From the NCBI RefSeq assembly GCF_009914755.1, contig NC_060926.1: a DNA stretch of 64,000 nt; one strand, 5' to 3'. The DNA is from the human T2T-CHM13v2.0 reference genome, Homo sapiens. A program made the translations under genes and the position numbers. The notes beneath the pieces were generated by a model. It was given only the letters and a program-made list of their open reading frames with translations, did no database searches and was not told where the DNA came from. Positions 58,361-64,000 of this stretch are shown piece after piece; within the stretch, counting starts at the first letter, position 1; every line of letters begins with the position of its first letter.

Positions 58361-58854
58361 TGAGCAGAAAAGTTGGTATTATATTTACTCTCATCTTTTT
58401 TCCTATGTCCCATTTTGTAGAGAAAATAAAAGACTTCTTTTTGTTGAATAACCCCTTCCTGGAAGTCTTCAAAACCCTTTGAAGGTATGTTAAGAATAGT
58501 GACTGAAACCTGAAGCTGAAATTTTTAGCATTGATATGTTTTTTCAATGTTCTTCTGCTATTTTAACACTTAAATAATTTGGTCTGGAGGAATGAGAGAA
58601 ATGATCTTTAATGAGATGTGACTTTTTATGACAATGAATGGATTTTTTATTTTAGCTCATCTTCGGACACAGTTGCTTTCTCAACTATTATAGCAGCTTT
58701 TGGTTTGTCTCAGAACCTGGAATAAGAATATTGTATGCAGCTGGGTAATACACAGCCTAACTTTTAATACTTTTTAAAAACTTAATGGTTATTTCTAAAT
58801 TATTGTCAAAAGAAAGAAGAAAACTGACATTTGCAGAGCATGTTTTATGGACCG

Positions 58855-59270
58855 GTATATTAATTAGGATAGATTAAGATAAATTGCTGTGAAAAATTTA
58901 CTCTCAAATCCTGGTGGCTTAACAAAACAAGGCTTTGTTTTTATCATGTGGAAAGGACCCCTTTGGCAGAGGTTCTATTCCACATAGTTGCTGGGGGATC
59001 CTAGATGACACAAATGTCATCATCTGCAGCTCTACCATCTAGAACACATGGTCTCCTCGGTCCCTGCAAGGGGACAAGAGTGTGAAAAATCACATGCTGG
59101 CCCTTCTGTGCTTTCACACTTTGGCCAGGACTGGTCACAAGCCTCCCCCTAACTGCAAGCAGGATTCTGGGAAGTGTATTCTTCTATTTCCATCTGGGAA
59201 ATGTCTTCCATGTATCCAGGACAGGGAGGAAGGCCAGATTTGAGTGGGCACAAGTAAGGTCTACCATGAT
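58855..59270 (-). mobile_element. Old MLT1-type LTR
   Basis: tgctgtgaaaa...caaatcctggtggcttaacaaaacaagg...ttggccaggactggtcaca...cctaactgcaag. Confidence 0.55.
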
Positions 59271-59886
59271 CAGACATTGAGACAATGTGCTTCCTATTTC
59301 TTTTAATCACCACAGAGCTTTAAGGAGTAATGTTATCCTCATTTTGCAGATGAAAAAAACCAAAGGAGAGGTAAGGTAGAACGAGGTTTGGGTTTGAATT
59401 TAGTTCCGGTGTATAGTAGTTGTAGGACAAATAAGCTATCAGTTCACCCCGTGATCACTTTCCGAGCCTCTTGTTGGTGTTAGGAGCTCCTCCTTTGTCT
59501 TATAGCAATCTGTGCTACCCCATCATCATCACAGTTACTGTATTAGAACTGATTTTATAACGGTAACTTTCTTGAGGAAAAAGGGATTTTCTTTTTCAGT
59601 TTTACCTCTTGTGCCTAGTCCAGTAACCGGTACCTGGTAAGTCCTTAATGTTTATTGAGGTAATAAACTCAAATACTTACCTTTCTGGTCATCTCTTGGA
59701 GTAAGAGATCAGAAGATGGTGGAGATATTGATAATGACACAAAGTACCTTGCTATATTCCAAAGAGGCATAGCCACAAACATGTACTTTTAAAAATTCTT
59801 GGGTTTTAAAAAATCCATAATAAGATTATTAATATGATATGGTGGCAAACAACATATAAAACTCACAGGTATGTTTACTTACTATG

Positions 59887-60332
59887 GCATTAGTTTCACA
59901 GGACTGCGATAACAAAGTTCCACAAATTGGGTACTTAGAAAAACAATAGAAATGTTTTGTCTCACAGTTCTGGGGGCTAGACGTTTGAATCAAGTTGTTG
60001 GCAAGGTTGGTTCCTTTGAGGAATTTGAGGGAGAATCTGTTTCATACCTCGCCTCTGGCTTCTGATGATGCTGAGAGTCCTTGGTGGTCCTTGGCTTGTA
60101 GATGCTTCTGTTCAATCTCTGCTTCAGTCTTCACATGGCATTCTCGTATGTATTTTTCTCTTTTCTTCTTCTTATAATGGCACCAGTCATATTGTATTAA
60201 GGCCCACCCTAATGACCTCAATGTATCTTGATTACATCTGCAAAGACCTTATTTCAAAATAAGGTCACATTCACAGGTATTGGGGTTAAGTCTTCAATAT
60301 ACCTTTTTGGGGGAGACATTCAACCCATAACA
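59887..60332 (-). mobile_element. MLT1C/B-like LTR
   Basis: tctcacagttctgggggctag...gagggagaatctgttt...atctgcaaagaccttatttcaaaataaggtcacattcacagg...ttcaacccataaca. Confidence 0.85.
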
Positions 60333-60379
60333 ACTGTGAAGAGTATTTTTAAAATATTTGCCCCGATATAGGTAAGATC

Positions 60380-60680
60380 AGTAGATTTCAAATGAAAATG
60401 CAAATCTTTACTTCTCTGTAAAAATCAGAAGATCTTGAGAGGATGTGCATTCCCACATAGCATCAATCCCCTGGAACTATGAATAGCTACCCCTTTACCT
60501 GGGCCCTATGCTCTCCAGTTTGCCACACTTCCTACTGAACCCCCATATCTTCCTAGCACCAAGGCTAAGTTTCAACGGTAGTATTAAAATGCTAATGCCA
60601 GAATTCTTATACCCAGCCTGCTTCACTACACTGTATTACCTCTCTGGCCCTGGGGATTCATGATTTTGAAACTCCCATTA
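60380..60680. mobile_element. MER102-like hAT element
   Basis: aaaaatcagaagatct...cattcccacat...tgctctccagtttgccaca. Confidence 0.6.
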
Positions 60681-61014
60681 TATAAAGGAAATCAGCTCTA
60701 CAAATAGAGACAAAAGTTTACTAAATTCATTTTACCATATAGTACTTCTTTTAGACTTCCAATATTATTCACTACCAAAAATAATTTATTTACGACAAAT
60801 CATTTCAGAATAATTTATTTAAAGAGTCTGGAATATAATCAAATAGAACTCATGAGAAATGAAAAGGTACTGTGAAAAGAGAAGATATGGTCAATAATCA
60901 CTTTTGTACAAAAGCAGCTTAAATGATGTTAGCAATAATTAAGAAGAAGAGATAGAAAATCAATTGTATTATATGAACCACCACAGGCAAGATTAGAAGA
61001 TACTGTATTCAAAA

Positions 61015-64000
61015 TCATTTTAATGTGGTCAAAACATAGTAGAAAATTTACGATTATAACCATTTTTAAGTGTGCAGTTCAGTGGTACTAAGTACATTCA
61101 GAATGTTGTACAAATATCACCATCATCCATCTCCAGAACTCTTTTTATCTTACAAAACTGCAACCTTATGCCCATTAAACAATAACTCTATTTCTCCCTC
61201 CCTCTAGTCCCTGGCAATCACCATCCTATTATCTGTTTCTAAAAGTTTGATTGTTTTAGATACTTCATATAAGTGGGATCATATGGCATTTGTCTTTTCA
61301 TGACTAGCTTATTTCAGTCCACATAATGTCCTCCATGTTGTATATCTCAACAGGGTTATTCCTTCTTTCTTCAGGCTTAATGATATGGTTTGGATCTGTG
61401 TCCCCACACAAATCTTATCTTGTAGCTTCTATAGTTCCCACGTGTTGTGGGAGGGAACCGGTGGGAGATAATTGAATCATGGGGTAGGTCTTTTCCGTGC
61501 TGTTCTTGTGATAGAGAGTAAGTCTCATGAGATCTGATGGTTCTAAAAAGGAGAGTTTCCCTGCACAAGCTCTCTCTTTGCCTGCCACAATTCATGTAAG
61601 ATGTGACTTGCTCCTCCTTGCCTTCCACCATATTTGTGAGGCCTCCCCAGCCATGTAGAACTGTAAGTCCATTAAACCTCTTTTTCTGCCCAGTTTTTGG
61701 TATGTCTTTATCAGCAGCATGAAAATGGATTAATACACTGAATATATTTTTTTAAAATCCATTCATCTGTTGGCAGACATTAATGTTGCTTCCACTTCTT
61801 GGCTATTGTGAATAATGCTGCAATGAATGTCAGTACACAAATATGTTTCTGAGTTCCTGTTTTCAATACTTTTGTGTATGTACCTAGAAGTGGGATTGCT
61901 GGGTCATGTGATAATTCTATTTTTAATTTTTTGAGAAATCTCTGTACTGTTTACATTCTCACCAATAGTGTACAAGTGTCCTAGTTTCTCCATGGCCTCA
62001 CCAACACTTGTTATTTTCTGATTATTTTGACAGTGGCCATCTTAACTGGTGTGAGGTGATATCTTACTGTGGATTTGATTTGCATTTCCCTAATGATTAC
62101 TGATGTTTAGCATCTTCTCATAGGCTTGTTGGCTATTTCTACATCTTCTTTGGAGAAATATCTATTCAAGTCTTTTGCCCATTTTTTAAATTGGGTTGCT
62201 TTTCTTTTTCTTGTTGAGTTTTAGTAGTTTTTTATGCATTCTGGATATTTACCCCTTATAAGATATATAGTTGGCAAATATTTTCTCCTATTTCATAAGT
62301 TACCTTTTCACTCTGTTGATTGTTTTATTTGCTGTGCAGAAGTTTTCAAGTTACATTAGTCCGATTTGTCTGTTTTTGCTATTGTTGCTTGTGCTTTCAG
62401 TGTCAAATCCAAGAAATCATTGCCAAATCCGATGCCATGAAGATTTTTTCCTGTGTTTTCTTTTAGGAGTTTTATAGTTTTAGATCTTACATTTAGGTCT
62501 TTAATCCATTTTAAGTTTTGTATATGGCATAAGGTAGGGGTTGAATTTCATTCTTTTGGATATAGATACACGGTTTTCCCAACATCATTCGCTGAAGAGA
62601 CTGTCTTTTCTCTCTTATATAGCCTTGGTGCCTTTGTAGAAGATCATTTCATCATTGTCCTTTGAGATTCCATATGAATTTTAGGATTCTTTTTTTCTAT
62701 TTCTACAAAAAATATGCCATTAGGATTTTGACAGTGATTGCGTTGAATTCATTGATTGATCTGGGTAGGGTAGATATTTTAACAATATTGTTTTGCAATC
62801 CACAAACATGATGCATTTCCATTTGTTTGTGTCTTTGTTGATTTCTTTCAGCAACGTTTTATGGTTTTCAGTGTACAAGATTTTTGCCTCTTGGCTTCAG
62901 CCTATTCCTAAGTATTCTTTTTGATACTATTGAAAATCATATTTTTTCTTAAATTGTTTTCAGGTTGTTTACTGTTAATATATAGAAATGCAACTGATTT
63001 TTGCATGTTGATTTTGTATTCTTCAACTTTGCTGAATATGTTTATTAGTTCCAACAGGTTTTCTTATAGGATCATTAGGGTGTTCTACATAAGATATCAT
63101 GCCATCTGTAAACATAGATAATTGTATTTAGTCCTTTTGTGTTTGGATTCTGTTTATATCTTTTTCCTGTCTGATTGCTCTGGCTAGGTATTCCAGTGCT
63201 ATGTTGAAGGGAAGTGACAAGAGTGGGTATTCTTGCCTTGCTTCTGATCTTAGAGGAAAAGTTTTCAGTTTTTCACCATTGGCATGATGTTGGCTGTAGG
63301 CTTTTCACATATGGCCTTTATTATGTGGATGTCATTCCCTTTTTATTTTCCTTTTGTGTTGAGTGTTTTTATGATGAAAGTTTTTGGAGTTTTGCAAAAT
63401 GCCTTTTCTGCATCAATTGAGATGATCACATGGTTTTTGCCCATCATTCTGTTAATGTAGTGTATAACATTGATTGATTTTCATATGTTGAACCATCCTC
63501 ACGTTCCAGGAATAAATTCCACTTAGTCATGATGTATAAACCTTCTAATGTGTTATGGATTTGGTTTGCTAGTATTTTGTTGAGGGATTTTGCATCAAGA
63601 GGCAGTGTTCTCCCACTTCCATTTTTCTGAAGAGTTTGAGAAGATTAGTTTGTCAATTTTGTTGGTCTTTTGAAAGAATGAGCTCAGTTCTGCTGACTTT
63701 TTTCTCTTCTGTATTTTATTAATCTCTGCTCTACCCTTTATTATTTCTTTCCTTTAGATAACTGTAGGTTTAGTTAGAGCTTCTTTTTCTAGTTACTTAA
63801 GGTGTAAATTTAGGTTGGTGATTTGAGATCTTTCTTCTCTTGTAAAGCAGGTGTTCCTGCTGAGAGATCCACTTATAATCTTATGGAAGTTCCCCTGTAT
63901 GTGATGAGTTACTTTTCTCTTGCTGCTTTTAAGACTCTCTTTTTGTCTTTGTCTTTTGACTTTATAATGTGTCTTAGTGTGGGCCTTTTTACATTCATCA
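61015..64000 (-). mobile_element. L1MB/MA-type element (3' end, ORF2 pieces, ORF1-like piece at the window end)
   Basis: taaccatttttaagtgtgcagttcagtggta...cccattaaacaataactc 3' UTR, continuing as reverse ORF2 motifs with internal deletions. Confidence 0.88.
61381..61737 (+). mobile_element. THE1 (A/B-like) solo LTR nested in L1
   Basis: TGATATGGTTTGG...TAATACA; flanks cttaa/ctgaa (4 of 5 TSD match). Confidence 0.9.

Overview
Human genomic DNA (AT-rich, dense in Alu/L1/L2/MaLR repeats, with a human-specific AluYb8) covering the 5' end of GRB14 on the minus strand. A CpG island at about 34.2-35.3 kb holds the promoter and coding exon 1 (ATG 34618, donor after 34428). Coding exon 2 is 33123-32991. 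Together they give the first 108 aa of GRB14, including the Grb7-family PSIPNPFPEL motif. Positions 1-32990 are part of the long intron 2, and exon 3 lies outside the window. Positions ~35.3-64 kb are repeat-rich upstream sequence towards COBLL1 (the neighbour is known from recall, not seen here). I found no new multi-gene system. The best second-look items are: (1) an L1PA insertion carrying an ~830-bp 3' transduction inside one TSD pair (40619-42343); (2) a 10-codon uORF whose TGA overlaps the GRB14 ATG; (3) an AluY with an apparent template-switch mutation that made a 17-bp hairpin; (4) young AluYb8 and AluYa-lineage insertions and two closely spaced inverted Alu pairs. Repeat subfamily calls come from recalled consensus features and most old-repeat boundaries are approximate.
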